Below, piece after piece: positions 35,410 to 45,198 of a stretch of 51,451 nucleotides of DNA. Location: NCBI GenBank assembly GCA_022837245.1, contig JALHHX010000001.1, positions 1 through 51,451 on the forward strand, given 5' to 3'. A program made the position numbers and the translations under genes. Position 1 is the stretch's first letter. Every line of letters begins with the position of its first letter. The DNA is from Lentisphaerota bacterium. Lineage in GTDB: Bacteria; Verrucomicrobiota; Kiritimatiellia; RFP12; UBA3636. The notes beneath the pieces are model-generated. The model did not search any database. It saw only the letters and a list, made by a program, of their open reading frames with translations, and had not been told where the DNA came from.

Positions 35410-36062
35410 GCGGCCTTCCTGATTTTCTGCATTGCGGCTTCGTGCACTTCGCCGCCGCGCAGCGACTCAAGGCACAAGGCCTGCAGCTGATCGTACTTGA
35501 CGGAGATGGAATCGTAGCCGCGGTTTAGGAGAAACTGCAAGAACAGCCCCGATATGCCGAGCACGAGGCCCGTCTCCGTGGTTATCAGCGCCTCGGCGAT
35601 GCCGCCGGCGATCATCTCCATCGTCTGCTCGCCGCCGCTGCCGGATGCGAGAGCCGCGAAAGTCGCGAGCATGCCAGTCACCGTGCCGAGCAGGCCGAAC
35701 AGCGGCGCTGTCGAGACGCTGACGCCCATGACCTTCAAGTCGCGCTCGAAGGGCGCCATTTCGTTCATGCTGAATTCGCTGAAGACAAACTGCGCCGCGT
35801 CCGTGTTCCCGCCGGCTCCTTCCGCCATGGCGCGGTCGAGCACCTTGCCCAGTGGACCGGCGATTTTCTTGCCTTTCTTCCAGCGGGCGAACACTTTTTC
35901 GGGAGACATCCCGACGCCGCTCTTTTTAAGACGCATAAACACGACCAATCCCATGGCGAAGATGACCACGCCGTTGAGCGCGAGCGCGATCATGCCCCAC
36001 CCGCCGGAGAGCCATATCTCCTTTGCTTCGTTCCACAATTTGACCAATGCTTCCATGTTCAT
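35406..36062 (-). CDS. exbB: MotA/TolQ/ExbB proton channel protein
   Basis: FGLLGTVTGMLATFAAL...IAGGIAEALITTETGLVLGI is the ExbB signature. The start was set to the ATG at 36062, which overlaps the upstream stop (ATGA). Confidence 0.85.
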   Translation of the reverse strand: MNMEALVKLWNEAKEIWLSGGWGMIALALNGVVIFAMGLVVFMRLKKSGVGMSPEKVFARWKKGKKIAGPLGKVLDRAMAEGAGGNTDAAQFVFSEFSMNEMAPFERDLKVMGVSVSTAPLFGLLGTVTGMLATFAALASGSGGEQTMEMIAGGIAEALITTETGLVLGISGLFLQFLLNRGYDSISVKYDQLQALCLESLRGGEVHEAAMQKIRKAA

Positions 36063-37479
36063 TTTTTTGCCTCCTTTTTGGCTTCTTCCGATCTTTCGAC
36101 CTCGCTCATCACGTTGAGCGATATTTGCTCCATTCCGCCGAGCAACGCTTCCGCTTTGCGCGAAAGGAACGCGTGGCAGAGTAGAGTCGGAATGGCTACT
36201 ATCAATCCCCATTCCGTGGTTATGAGCGCCTCCGATATGCCGCCCGAGAGTTGTCTTATGTCACCCGAGCCGAATATTGTCAGCATCTTGAAAGTTGTGA
36301 TAATGCCCGTCACCGTGCCCAGCAGGCCCAGCAGCGGCTCCACGGCCGCGCCAACCGCAAGGAACGATATGTATTTGTAGAGCTTGTGCCGCACGGCGAG
36401 CAGTTTCTCGTACATGCCCTCCTCTATGAGATCGCTGCTCTCGCCCAGGCGTTTGAGGCCTGCGTTGAGCACGCCGCCGGCCATGCCCTTGATGTTTTTC
36501 GCGAGGCCGCGCGCCCTGTTGTAATCGCCCGCGCGGATAGCATTGTAAACCGGCTGGAGCCTGCGGGTGCCCGGCACCGAGACGAGCGACAGTTGCAAGA
36601 ATTTGCACACTATAATCAGAACCAGCACCACCGCCAACGCGAGAATAGGCCACATGACCGCGCCGCCCGCCACGATGTGCTCCCATAGCGTCTCCTGCGT
36701 TTCCTCCACTTTGCGCGCGTTTCCCAGCGAACTGTCGACAGGCGCCGGCCCCCGCCATCCGCCACAAGCTTCGCCGTCAGCACCGCCATCTGGGGATTCA
36801 GGAACGGCATCACCGACGGCTCGAGCGACCCTATGCGCTGCTCGACAATGCCCGCCATTGAACCGTCGTCCGCCGAGAAGTACGCCACGGGCCCGAGGTG
36901 GGCGAACCTGCCCTGCTTGACAAGCCCGTCGGGCCCCGCCGCGCGGCCCTCGAAAATCATCCCCCCGAGCAGATCCTCGACGCGCGCTATGCTCTCCGAA
37001 AGCACGCTGAACTGTTTCTCGAAACGCTCTTCCTCCGTAAGTGTGTCGTTCGCCAGCGCCAGCCTCGCCTCTTCAAGGATCGGCCCGTACTTGGCAAGCT
37101 CCGCGATGTGCAGGCGGCTCTCGAGGTTGCGGCTGTACTCGCCAAGCAGCGAAGACAGATACGTCGCCTCATGCCTGCGCGCGTCGATCCCCGTGCGCAG
37201 CGTGCTGACGTCGAGCGCAAGCTTGTCGAGCTTCCTCCGCGCATCGGCGTTTTCAGCCCGCGCCGCCGAGAGTTCTTCCTCGGCCCCGGCCAACTGCTCC
37301 GAAGCCGGTATCTTCTCAGCCGCAATGCCGTCGCGGAGCGCGGCGAGTTCTTTTACCGAAGCCTCCAAGCGCGCCGCAAACGGATCCCCGGCATCCGCCG
37401 CGTTGACTGCCGGCGCGCACAAGAGCGCCAGTGTCCCCGCAGCCACAACGCACATTCTTTTTGCTAATTCGTCTTTCAT
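36059..37479 (-). pseudogene. TtpC-like large MotA/TolQ/ExbB protein (periplasmic coiled-coil N-domain plus ExbB channel) interrupted by a -1 frameshift
   Basis: The N-terminal ORF (signal peptide MKDELAKRMCVVAAGTLALLCAPAVNA, then coiled coils) degenerates to RRLSTVRWETRAKWRKRRRR after ...KLVADGGG. The -1 frame reads PAPVDSSLGNARKVEETQETLWEHIVAGG straight into the ExbB domain (LLGLLGTVTGIITTF...GGISEALITTEWGLIVAIP). The switch is at the C5/G5 run at 36749-36753. The 1421 nt total is one nt short of a multiple of 3. Confidence 0.6.
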
Positions 37480-37504
37480 TAAACTTTTCCCTTGATGCGT
37501 CCGC

Positions 37505-38296
37505 CTATTTGATAGACACCGGCAGCACCACGTACTCGGCCGGTTTCTCCGTGGCATGGATTTTCACCACGTCCGCCACCGCCTGCGCAATGGAGTTGCT
37601 AGGCATCCACACCCAGCCCTCGTCCCCCGCCCAGCCATAACCAGCCACGGTTCCGGGCTGATTGACGTAATACCCCTGCCCGAGGCCGAAATACACGACC
37701 GAGGCCTCGAAGCTGGTGTCCGATCCCTCCGGGGTCATAACCTCGCTCACCACGGTGATGTCCCGCGAGAATTTGTTGATTTCGTTGAGCACTCCCACGA
37801 CGTTCTGCAGGCGCTCCCCAAGCCCCGCTTTGGAGGTCGAGGGATCCAGCGGAATGCGCTGCGAGAGCGGCCGCACTTTTTCCACGATCGGCCCCGGAGC
37901 CTTTTCGAGTATCGCAAGCACGCTTTTCTCCGCTGCGGCCACTTCTTCCGCCAGCACTTCGGAAAGCGCCTTCAATTTGGCGTCCTCTTCCACATACTCC
38001 GCGCATTTCCCGGCTGACGCCTCGTAATCGTCGTTGATCCCGGCCGTCGCGGACCTGAGCGCCGCGGTCTCGTTCGTGAGCGCCGCGTAGCGGTACTCAA
38101 GCAGCTCGCGGTCGAGCTTCCAGGCGTTCCGCTCCGAGGAGATGAGCTTCTCCGCTTCCACCCAGCGCCCCATCGAGGTGCGCATCGATTCGCGCCAATT
38201 CCCCTCCACCGACTGATTTTGCGCCATGGCGCCCGCCGAACAGGCCAGCAGGGCAGCCGCCGCGGCGGCGCCGATTTTCAACCTTCTGTGATTCAT
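37505..38296 (-). CDS. DUF3450-like periplasmic coiled-coil protein (TtpB-like)
   Basis: Signal peptide MNHRRLKIGAAAAAALLACSAGAMA. Coiled-coil N-half. Position immediately upstream of the TtpC-like/ExbB/ExbD/TonB genes. The start is ambiguous (38296, 38314 or 38332). Confidence 0.6.
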   Translation of the reverse strand: MNHRRLKIGAAAAAALLACSAGAMAQNQSVEGNWRESMRTSMGRWVEAEKLISSERNAWKLDRELLEYRYAALTNETAALRSATAGINDDYEASAGKCAEYVEEDAKLKALSEVLAEEVAAAEKSVLAILEKAPGPIVEKVRPLSQRIPLDPSTSKAGLGERLQNVVGVLNEINKFSRDITVVSEVMTPEGSDTSFEASVVYFGLGQGYYVNQPGTVAGYGWAGDEGWVWMPSNSIAQAVADVVKIHATEKPAEYVVLPVSIK

Positions 38297-38328
38297 ATTG
38301 GTTTTCCTTTGCATGATAAAATTCTTCC

Positions 38329-41300
38329 TCAAAATGTCGCGCTGACCCCCAGCGAGAATGTCTTGCCTTCGCGGTATGATTTGCGGTGGGTCTCCGTGCC
38401 GTCCGGCTCGCGGTACACTTCGCCCACCCTCGGGTCAAGCAGATTCTTTGCTTGGAAAGTGACCTTGACGGTCTCCCCGATTTTCTGCGAGATGCTGAAG
38501 TTCACCGACGAGAGTTTCTTCGAATAGATGTCGGCCGTGGCACCGTCGGAGCCGATTGCCGCGCCGCTCTTGAGCATGTCGCCGCGGATGTTGTAGAAGA
38601 GGCCGATGGAGGTCCCCCACTCCGGGTGGTCCCACGTGATGTTGTAGTTGGTGATGTCCTCGGGCTGCCCGGCCATCTCGCGCCTTTTGTCCTCGACGCC
38701 CAGGTTGTGGAACTCAAGCGAATCGCGCATGTTTTCGGGGATCTTGACCTCGGAATTCATCCGCGTGTGGTTGGCGCCGATTGTCAGGTACTGGAAAGGC
38801 CCCGGAAGGAAGTCCAGCTTTTTGCGCAGCTCGAATTCCATGCCGTTCACCTCGCCGTCGGGATAGTTCACGGACATCAGGTATTCCTGGGAGAGGTACG
38901 AGAACGATTCCAGCTCGATCGGATTCTTTATGTCCTTGCGGAAGAGGCTGTACGCGAAGAGGTCGCCGTCGCCGAACAGCGGGATGTCGCCATCCCTGAA
39001 GAACCACTCCAGGCGCAAGTCGTAGTTTTTGATTTCCGAGAGCACCAGTTCGTTGTTGCCGATCATGGTGTCGCCGGAAATGTAGTCGTACGTGATGACC
39101 GGCGCCATCTCAAGGAATGTGGGGCGCGCGATTGTCTCGCCGTAGTTGAGGCGCAGCTTGAGCCCGGGAACCGCCTCGTAAGTAAGGCCGTAGGCGTGCA
39201 GCCAGCGCGAATCGTCGATCTCCGCCACCGCCTCCTCCTGCGGCACTCCGCCGAGGTAGTAGTAGTAGCCGCCGTCGGGCAGCTCTTGCTTGAGCGGCAC
39301 GACGAACGCCTGCTCGGGGTTGCTGATCTGCATGTCGGACATGGGATCGACCGACATCTCGGTACGCTCCGCGCGGGCGCCGTACATCAAGGTCACTTGT
39401 TTTAGGACGGGGAACTCCAGCATCGCATAGCCGCCGCTGAACGTCTGCCGGCCGTCGTAGTCGATATCCCTCTCCTTGGCCATTATGTTCCTGATGAAGC
39501 TGTTTTGCGAATCGCTCAGGCCGAGCGACTGGGCGAAAACGTCGGTTCACAGGTCGTCAGGCGAGTTCGAGGTGTATGATCCCTTTTCACGGTCCCCTGC
39601 CGCCACGTCCACCATGCCCAGATACTCCCGGTATGCGTCGGATTCCTGCCACGCATTATGCGCCGCCAGCCAGTTGGCGTAGCCGCGGCGGCCCGGGTAG
39701 TCGGCGCGCTGCGGCTCGCCGGCGGGTTTGGCCGGATCGCCCTGCGGGAGCATCGTGTAGAAGAAAGAAGTCTGCTCGTAACGGCGCTTTGTGTAGTCGC
39801 GCGAGAGGCCGAACTTGATCGCGCCGTCCGCGAGGGCGAGCGGACTCCGCTCCAGATCGCCATCGAAGAGCGCGCTCAGGTCATACGCCTTCGCCTTGAA
39901 GGGCAGGCGCAAATTCAAGCCGTACTGGGAGTTGTCCTCGAATGTGTCGCGCCAGATCCGCGTGGTCGCGTCGGAATCGGCGCCCGACACCCCGTCCGGC
40001 AGCGTCTGGTAGCTCCATTCGCCATCCCCGCGGAAGCCCACGTAGTTTTTGAAGAAGCGCACGTCGGGCTCGTACTGCGATGCCTCGTTGTGCGACATGT
40101 AGGCGTCCAATTCCAGCCCCATGCGTTCGCCAAAGAGCGTCGGCCATTTGTGCGATGTGCGTAACTGTAGCACGTCGAGCTGGCGCTCCGTGCAGTGTAT
40201 GGACTGCTGTTGCGACCAAAAGGTGTCGAGCGCGTATGGATCGTGCTCCTCGATGTCGAGTCCTGCCTGGTCGGTGGCGACGCGGTTGCGCATCGCCGTG
40301 ATGGTGAAGTCGTGGTTCTCGCCCGCCTCTATGCCGACCGACCCCAGCAGGCTCCATTTGATCTCCTGCTGGCCCACGGAGTTTTTGTAGTCGATGGCCT
40401 CCGAGTCGGATTCCGAGCCTTTCGGCGCCCAGATTTGTTTAGTCTCGTCGGAGTCAGTCTGCTTGAATTTGTTCGACCACGTGTAAGCCAGCGTGTAGCC
40501 CAGCGCGGTGTCCTCGCCAAACGGCAGCGGCACGCGGTCGCCCACGCTGAACCCGAAGCTGGAGCTCGCCGGCATGCGCCTTGTCTTCGTGCCTAGAACG
40601 GGGTTGAAGCTCTTCACCATTTTGTCCGCCGCGACGTAGTCTCCCGAATGCGGGAACTCTTCACTGGCAATGTGCTGGTGCTCCGACTGCGACGGCGTTT
40701 CGAACGGCTGCTCTTCCGTCCCGAGTTGCTTGGCGCCGTCGGGCAGGTCTTCGCCACCACGCGAATTCGCGAACCTGTCCACCTTCGCGCCATCGTACGT
40801 CCTCCACCCCGGCTTGCCGGTGTAGGTGTCGTTGTGCTCCTGCGACATCGAGACGTTGAAAAAGAAGTCGTCCGGCACGCCGACGGTGCGCATGTCGATG
40901 CCGCCGCCCGTGTAGTCGCCCGGCAGGTCGGGCGTAAAGGTTTTGCTGACCGATATAGACTCGATCGTCCCCGATGGGAATAGATCCATGTGCACGGCGC
41001 GCCTGCGCGGGTCGGAGCTCGGCACGCGCACGCCGTTCATGGTTGTGCCCACGTAGCGGTCGCTCATGCCGCGGACCGACGCGTACTTGCCATCGGAAAC
41101 GGTCGCGCCCACCACGAGCTTGAGAGCGCCGGCCGCGTCCGAAGCCCCCGCCTTGCTCATGAAATCCTTGCCAATGGAATCCTGGAACGAGAGCGACGTC
41201 TCACGCAGCTCCAGCATGCCCTCCTCGGATTTCGGCTCGGCGATTTGAATGTCCTCCACCACAAGCTCGTCCATCTCGGTCAATTCTGGCTTAAGCTCCA

Positions 41301-41742
41301 CGTTGACGTCGGTCAGCCCGCTCCCGCTGACGATCACCTGCGACACTATCCCGCGCGCATAACCCTCCTTGGTGACGATGAGCGTGTAGACGCCGGGTTC
41401 AAGGCCGATCATCCTGAAGTTTCCCCGCCCGTCGCTCTCCACTTCGAGGTCCGCCTCGGCGGTCTTGACCTTCGCCAGCGGCACGGGCGCGTTGAACTCG
41501 ACATCTTGCACCACGCCGCGGATGCCTCCGCCGCCAGGCGTTCCGGGTGCCGGCTGAACGGCGATGTCCGGCTCCGTGGGCGCGGCGCCTCGCATAACCA
41601 GCGTAAAGGTGGCGGAAACCGCCAACAGGACAACGGCTTGAATGCCAATCCTTACACCTTTTGGACAACCGGCACCAGGAACGCCGGGCGGCGGAAGCGC
41701 CCCATCCTGCAATTTTGAATTTCTGAATTTTTTCAAGAACAT
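38329..41742 (-). pseudogene. Oar-like TonB-dependent receptor (CarboxypepD_reg domain, plug, barrel) with an in-frame TGA
   Basis: IRGVVQDVEFNAPVPLAKV...GVYTLIVTKEGY fits the carboxypeptidase-regulatory-like domain. GKYASVRGMSDRYVGTTMNGVRVPSSDP is plug-like. The C-terminal FSLGVSATF is a TBDR end. ORFs 39547-41823 and 38329-39483 share one frame, separated only by the TGA at 39547-39549 (...SPDDL*TDVFAQSLGL...). Confidence 0.75.
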
Positions 41743-41746
41743 TGTT

Positions 41747-42814
41747 TTACAGCCCCGCCGCCAGCTTGCGCACTTCCACGTCAAGAGCCGCAAAAATCTT
41801 TTCGTTTTCCATTCCACTCGCATCCAGACTGAGCCCTATCGACGCAAGGGCTTTGCAGCGCGGCCTGTTGTTCACCAATTCCGAAGAAAGCCGCGCCGCC
41901 TCGAGAAAACGCGCCTCCGCATCGCCGCCTGGATCCGCAAGGCGCGCCGCTGCCGCCGCCTCCGCCAGCACGGCCGGCTGCTCTATGTTCATCAGCTCCG
42001 GAACACGCGCCACGACGGAATCCGCCAATTTGCGTGCCTCGTCCTTCATTCCAGTCTCGGCCAGCAGACGCGCCGCGCGCGCCTGCGTTGGCAGCAGCAT
42101 GTAGGGCGGCGCCTCAACCCCGCCAACACCTTCGGCGACCTCCGCCATTTTAGCGCCCGCGTAGTCCGCCTCGCCACGGGAAAGCGCCATCTCCACCACG
42201 TCCATCCGCCGTTCCCATGCTTGTAGGCCGATGCCGCTCTCCGCTTCCACCCACAGCTTGTCGAGGGCGTTCGTGGCAGATGCCGCCTTGCCGACGCTGT
42301 TGGCTCCCAGCATCAACTCCACACGGCGCAGCGCCTCCCTGATGCGTGAACCCTGCCAATCCTGCTCGATTCCCTTCTCCGCCACTTCCATGGCGTCCTC
42401 AACCAATACCGCGGCATTCCCGGCTTCGCCCTTGCGCGCCAGCTCCTCCCCCGCCTCCGCCAGCACCAGGCTCCTGGGCCAGCGGTAAATCATATATGCA
42501 CGCGTCAACGCCCTTTGCGCGCCGCCGCCTCTGCGCAGCTCCGCGAGCGCCACCTCTGCCTGGGCGTTCGCCTTGTCGTCCGGATCGTCCACTATGGACG
42601 AAGCAAAAAACCATGCGTAGGATATGGCATCCCCCGCATTTGGAAGCGCGATGGCCTCCGTCAACTCCACATCGGTCCTCTCTTGAACAAATGTGCCGCT
42701 GCCGTCTTTATTTTCTTCTTCCTGTTTTTTTCCGCAACCGCCGACGACCCATGCCGCGCAAATGCAGCAAATCAGCGTTGCAACCTGAACCCGCGCCCAA
42801 CGGTTTTCTTTCAT
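41747..42814 (-). CDS. predicted lipoprotein with helical-repeat body, function unknown
   Basis: Lipobox-like ICAAWVVGGCGKK. Ala/Leu/Glu-rich helical repeats. Ends 4 nt before the TBDR start. Confidence 0.55.
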   Translation of the reverse strand: MKENRWARVQVATLICCICAAWVVGGCGKKQEEENKDGSGTFVQERTDVELTEAIALPNAGDAISYAWFFASSIVDDPDDKANAQAEVALAELRRGGGAQRALTRAYMIYRWPRSLVLAEAGEELARKGEAGNAAVLVEDAMEVAEKGIEQDWQGSRIREALRRVELMLGANSVGKAASATNALDKLWVEAESGIGLQAWERRMDVVEMALSRGEADYAGAKMAEVAEGVGGVEAPPYMLLPTQARAARLLAETGMKDEARKLADSVVARVPELMNIEQPAVLAEAAAAARLADPGGDAEARFLEAARLSSELVNNRPRCKALASIGLSLDASGMENEKIFAALDVEVRKLAAGL

Positions 42815-42962
42815 AATTGCGTCCTTGCCCTGTGGACTACCTGTTGTCCTGTTTATATTATCTGTCTTTATATTTAAGTGGCGTCCCCCTCGGGATTGCC
42901 CCTCGGGGGGAACCTTCAGCTATAACCATCCTTACTTTATGAGAAGGTTGTTTCGCGGCTGG

Positions 42963-44858
42963 TTACTCCGCAACTTCCACGATGCGGTAGAACTTGTTGC
43001 CTTCGATGCGCTGCATGTCGTTGTACGTTATGTACGCGCCATTGCCGGCGATGGTGTCCACCGTGCTGATCAGGTTGGGATCCGCGAAGCCCGCCTCCGT
43101 GGAGGCCTCGATGCGGTAGGACTTGCCTTCGCCCGCGAAGAAGCGGAGGGTCATGGACTGGTAGAAGTCCGTGATCTCCAGCGGGGGATCGGCCCTAAGG
43201 GTCTCGAAGTCGCCGAAGGAGTAGACTGTCGAAGCGTCATACTCACTCGCGACCATGCCCAGACGGTCCATCAGCGTCCAGTCCAGCAGCCAGTTGGCGT
43301 TGGGATCGGAGCCGAAGGCGCCGGGGAACGGGACGTCCGAGAAGAAGCCGTCGTTCGCCGGAACGGACTTGAGCGTCACTCCGCTCGGCATGTCGGCGGC
43401 CGGGATGTAGCCGTCGATGTACGTGACGTTGTAGACGCTCTTGCCAGCACCTGCGAGCGCCGTCGAGGAGCGTTCGAAGTAGAGCGGGGCGTTGTAGCTC
43501 ATCGGATCGAGGCTGACATTCTCGTACAGGTTGCCCAGCCCGGTGAAGAGCGGGTAGGCGAAGGCCGCCTTGTTGCCGTCGGTGCCGTCCGTGCCGTATT
43601 GGCCGCCGATATTTTCGGAGTTCGCGGGCCATCCCGGAATCGTCGGCGTCCCGAAGTTCGCGAAGTAGTTGCCCTTGAGCTCGAGCATCTTGCTGCCGTT
43701 GGCCTCGTGGTCGTAGTACTGGTTCTGCGGGTAGGTCATGGTCGTCTTCTGCGCGGAGGTGCCGGCTCCGGTTGTGGCGCCCTCGATGATGGCGATCGCG
43801 CCGCCGAAGTCCAGGAACATGCTGTTATAGACGCGCCCCGCCGTGCCGTCGCGGAAGTTGAACGCGGTGTTCTTGCCGTTGGCGGCGATATTCCGGCCAA
43901 GGCCAATGTACGTGGCGTTGTAGATCGTCGGGCAGGAGGAAGGCTGGGAAGCGTCGCCCATGCCGCCGTCGCACTCCGATCCCTTGTCGCTGCTGTCGTT
44001 TGTGGTGTGCAGCGAACCCTGGATCACGAGCCAGAACTGACCCTTGCCGCGGTAGCCCTCGTCCCAGTCGAACGAATCATCGGCGCTGTTGCGGACGATC
44101 ATGTACTTGGTGTTGACCGTGCTGCCGAAGAACTCAACGCCGTCGTCCTTGTTGTTCGTGATTTCGACGAAACTGATCTTCGTGCCGCGCCCGACGGCGC
44201 CGAGCGTCAGCCCGTTGATCTCGTTGTTGGCGCCCAGGATGAATCCGCCGTAGCGGATCTGGACAAACTTGATCTCGCCGCTGGAGTCGTCGTCGTTGCC
44301 GCCGCCGTAGCGGCTGTAGTCGCCGAAAGGCTCCAGACCCTCGATCTGCAGATCGAGGGCCGCGTTGGGCGAGGGTGTTCCCTCGCCGCCGACGTTCGTC
44401 GCCAAGAACGCCCTGCCGAGGATGATCAGGCCGCCCCACTGCTGGGTCAGACCATTTTCATCGTCGTTCCACGGCGTCGTGGCCACCATTCCGGGGACGT
44501 TGTTGTCCGCCTCGCCCGTCATGATGATGGGCTGCGTCGGCGTGCCGACGGCGTTGAGCTTCGAGCCGCGCGAGACTACCAGGGCGCCAGGGAAGTCCCC
44601 CGCCCCGGAGGCCATTGTGCCGCGGATAACCGTGCCGGGCTGAATGGTCAGCGTTGCGCCGTCCTTGACGAACACCGGATCGGTGAGATAATAGACATTA
44701 TCGCTGGTCCACGTGGTGTTGACCGTGACATGCGCGGCGCCGGGGTTGACACCCGCCGCCGAGTCGCCGCCATACACGATGTTGGCGCCATGTGTGGCAC
44801 CCGCCGCTGTTACCGCGGCCATCACAAGAAGTGACCTGTTCAAGCTGATTGCTTTCAT
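42963..44858 (-). CDS. secreted protein of unknown function, probably parallel beta-helix fold
   Basis: Signal peptide MKAISLNRSLLVMAAVTAAGATHG. Repetitive Gly/Asn/Asp turns (WGGLIILG, NDDDSSGEIKFVQIRYGG, INGLTLGAVGRGTKISFVEI, DDGVEFFGSTVNTKYMIV, DDSFDWDEGYRG). First gene of the TonB2-type operon. Confidence 0.5.
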   Translation of the reverse strand: MKAISLNRSLLVMAAVTAAGATHGANIVYGGDSAAGVNPGAAHVTVNTTWTSDNVYYLTDPVFVKDGATLTIQPGTVIRGTMASGAGDFPGALVVSRGSKLNAVGTPTQPIIMTGEADNNVPGMVATTPWNDDENGLTQQWGGLIILGRAFLATNVGGEGTPSPNAALDLQIEGLEPFGDYSRYGGGNDDDSSGEIKFVQIRYGGFILGANNEINGLTLGAVGRGTKISFVEITNNKDDGVEFFGSTVNTKYMIVRNSADDSFDWDEGYRGKGQFWLVIQGSLHTTNDSSDKGSECDGGMGDASQPSSCPTIYNATYIGLGRNIAANGKNTAFNFRDGTAGRVYNSMFLDFGGAIAIIEGATTGAGTSAQKTTMTYPQNQYYDHEANGSKMLELKGNYFANFGTPTIPGWPANSENIGGQYGTDGTDGNKAAFAYPLFTGLGNLYENVSLDPMSYNAPLYFERSSTALAGAGKSVYNVTYIDGYIPAADMPSGVTLKSVPANDGFFSDVPFPGAFGSDPNANWLLDWTLMDRLGMVASEYDASTVYSFGDFETLRADPPLEITDFYQSMTLRFFAGEGKSYRIEASTEAGFADPNLISTVDTIAGNGAYITYNDMQRIEGNKFYRIVEVAE

Positions 44859-44999
44859 TGTTCTCTTTCTTCATTGAATCTCCGCCCGGCGGCCGGTGGC
44901 TTACCCGCCTACTATCCGTTGCGAATGGCGAACAGTATGCCTGAACAACGTGAGATGCGTATTACCGGAATATTGGTTTACTGCTAAACTTTTCGCGCC

Positions 45000-45035
45000 C
45001 CGCAAGCAGAGCCTGCTTGCGGCAAGTGGTTAAAA
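45000..45035 (+). repeat. REP-like element copy 1: GC hairpin plus AAGTGGTTAAAA
   Basis: CCGCAAGCAG-AGC-CTGCTTGCGG (45000-45022), then C, then AAGTGGTTAAAA (45024-45035). Confidence 0.6.
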
Positions 45036-45141
45036 AGACCTGCGTCGCACACGCTCAAGGATTTTGCCGACATAGGCCAGGTGCCCTGCGCAAGGCACTT
45101 GCCAGCACAGGCTGCAACTCCGCGCCATCTGCCCCCGAAGG

Positions 45142-45179
45142 TTTTAACCACTTCCCGCGGGCAGGCTCTTGCCCGCGGG
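45142..45179 (-). repeat. REP-like element copy 2 (inverted): GC hairpin plus AAGTGGTTAAAA; possible terminator of the pilus/secretion operon
   Basis: The minus strand reads CCCGCGGGCA-AGAGCC-TGCCCGCGGG (45179-45154), followed directly by AAGTGGTTAAAA (45153-45142). It starts 20 nt after the PilB/GspE stop. Confidence 0.6.
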
Positions 45180-45198
45180 GTGGCGAAACCTCTTTACA

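Noticed and set aside
33814-35490. 558-aa plus-strand ORF across the TPR/TonB/ExbD region
   Set aside because: It is antisense to three well-supported minus-strand genes and contains poly-Ser/Gly low-complexity runs that mirror the TonB Pro/Glu spacer.
39547-39549. TGA recoding (selenocysteine, or a genetic code in which TGA is read as a sense codon) as the explanation for the in-frame stop in the receptor
   Set aside because: TGA clearly works as a stop at many well-supported gene ends here, for example every ATGA junction in the defence operon and the MoxR stop at 19096-19098. No SECIS-like hairpin is evident directly downstream. A point mutation or sequencing error is more parsimonious.
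42825-44834. 669-aa ORF on the plus strand
   Set aside because: It is fully antisense to the 631-aa secreted-protein gene (42963-44858). Its Arg/Ala/Val/Gly-rich, low-complexity translation is typical of shadow ORFs in high-GC DNA. It has no motifs and no RBS context.
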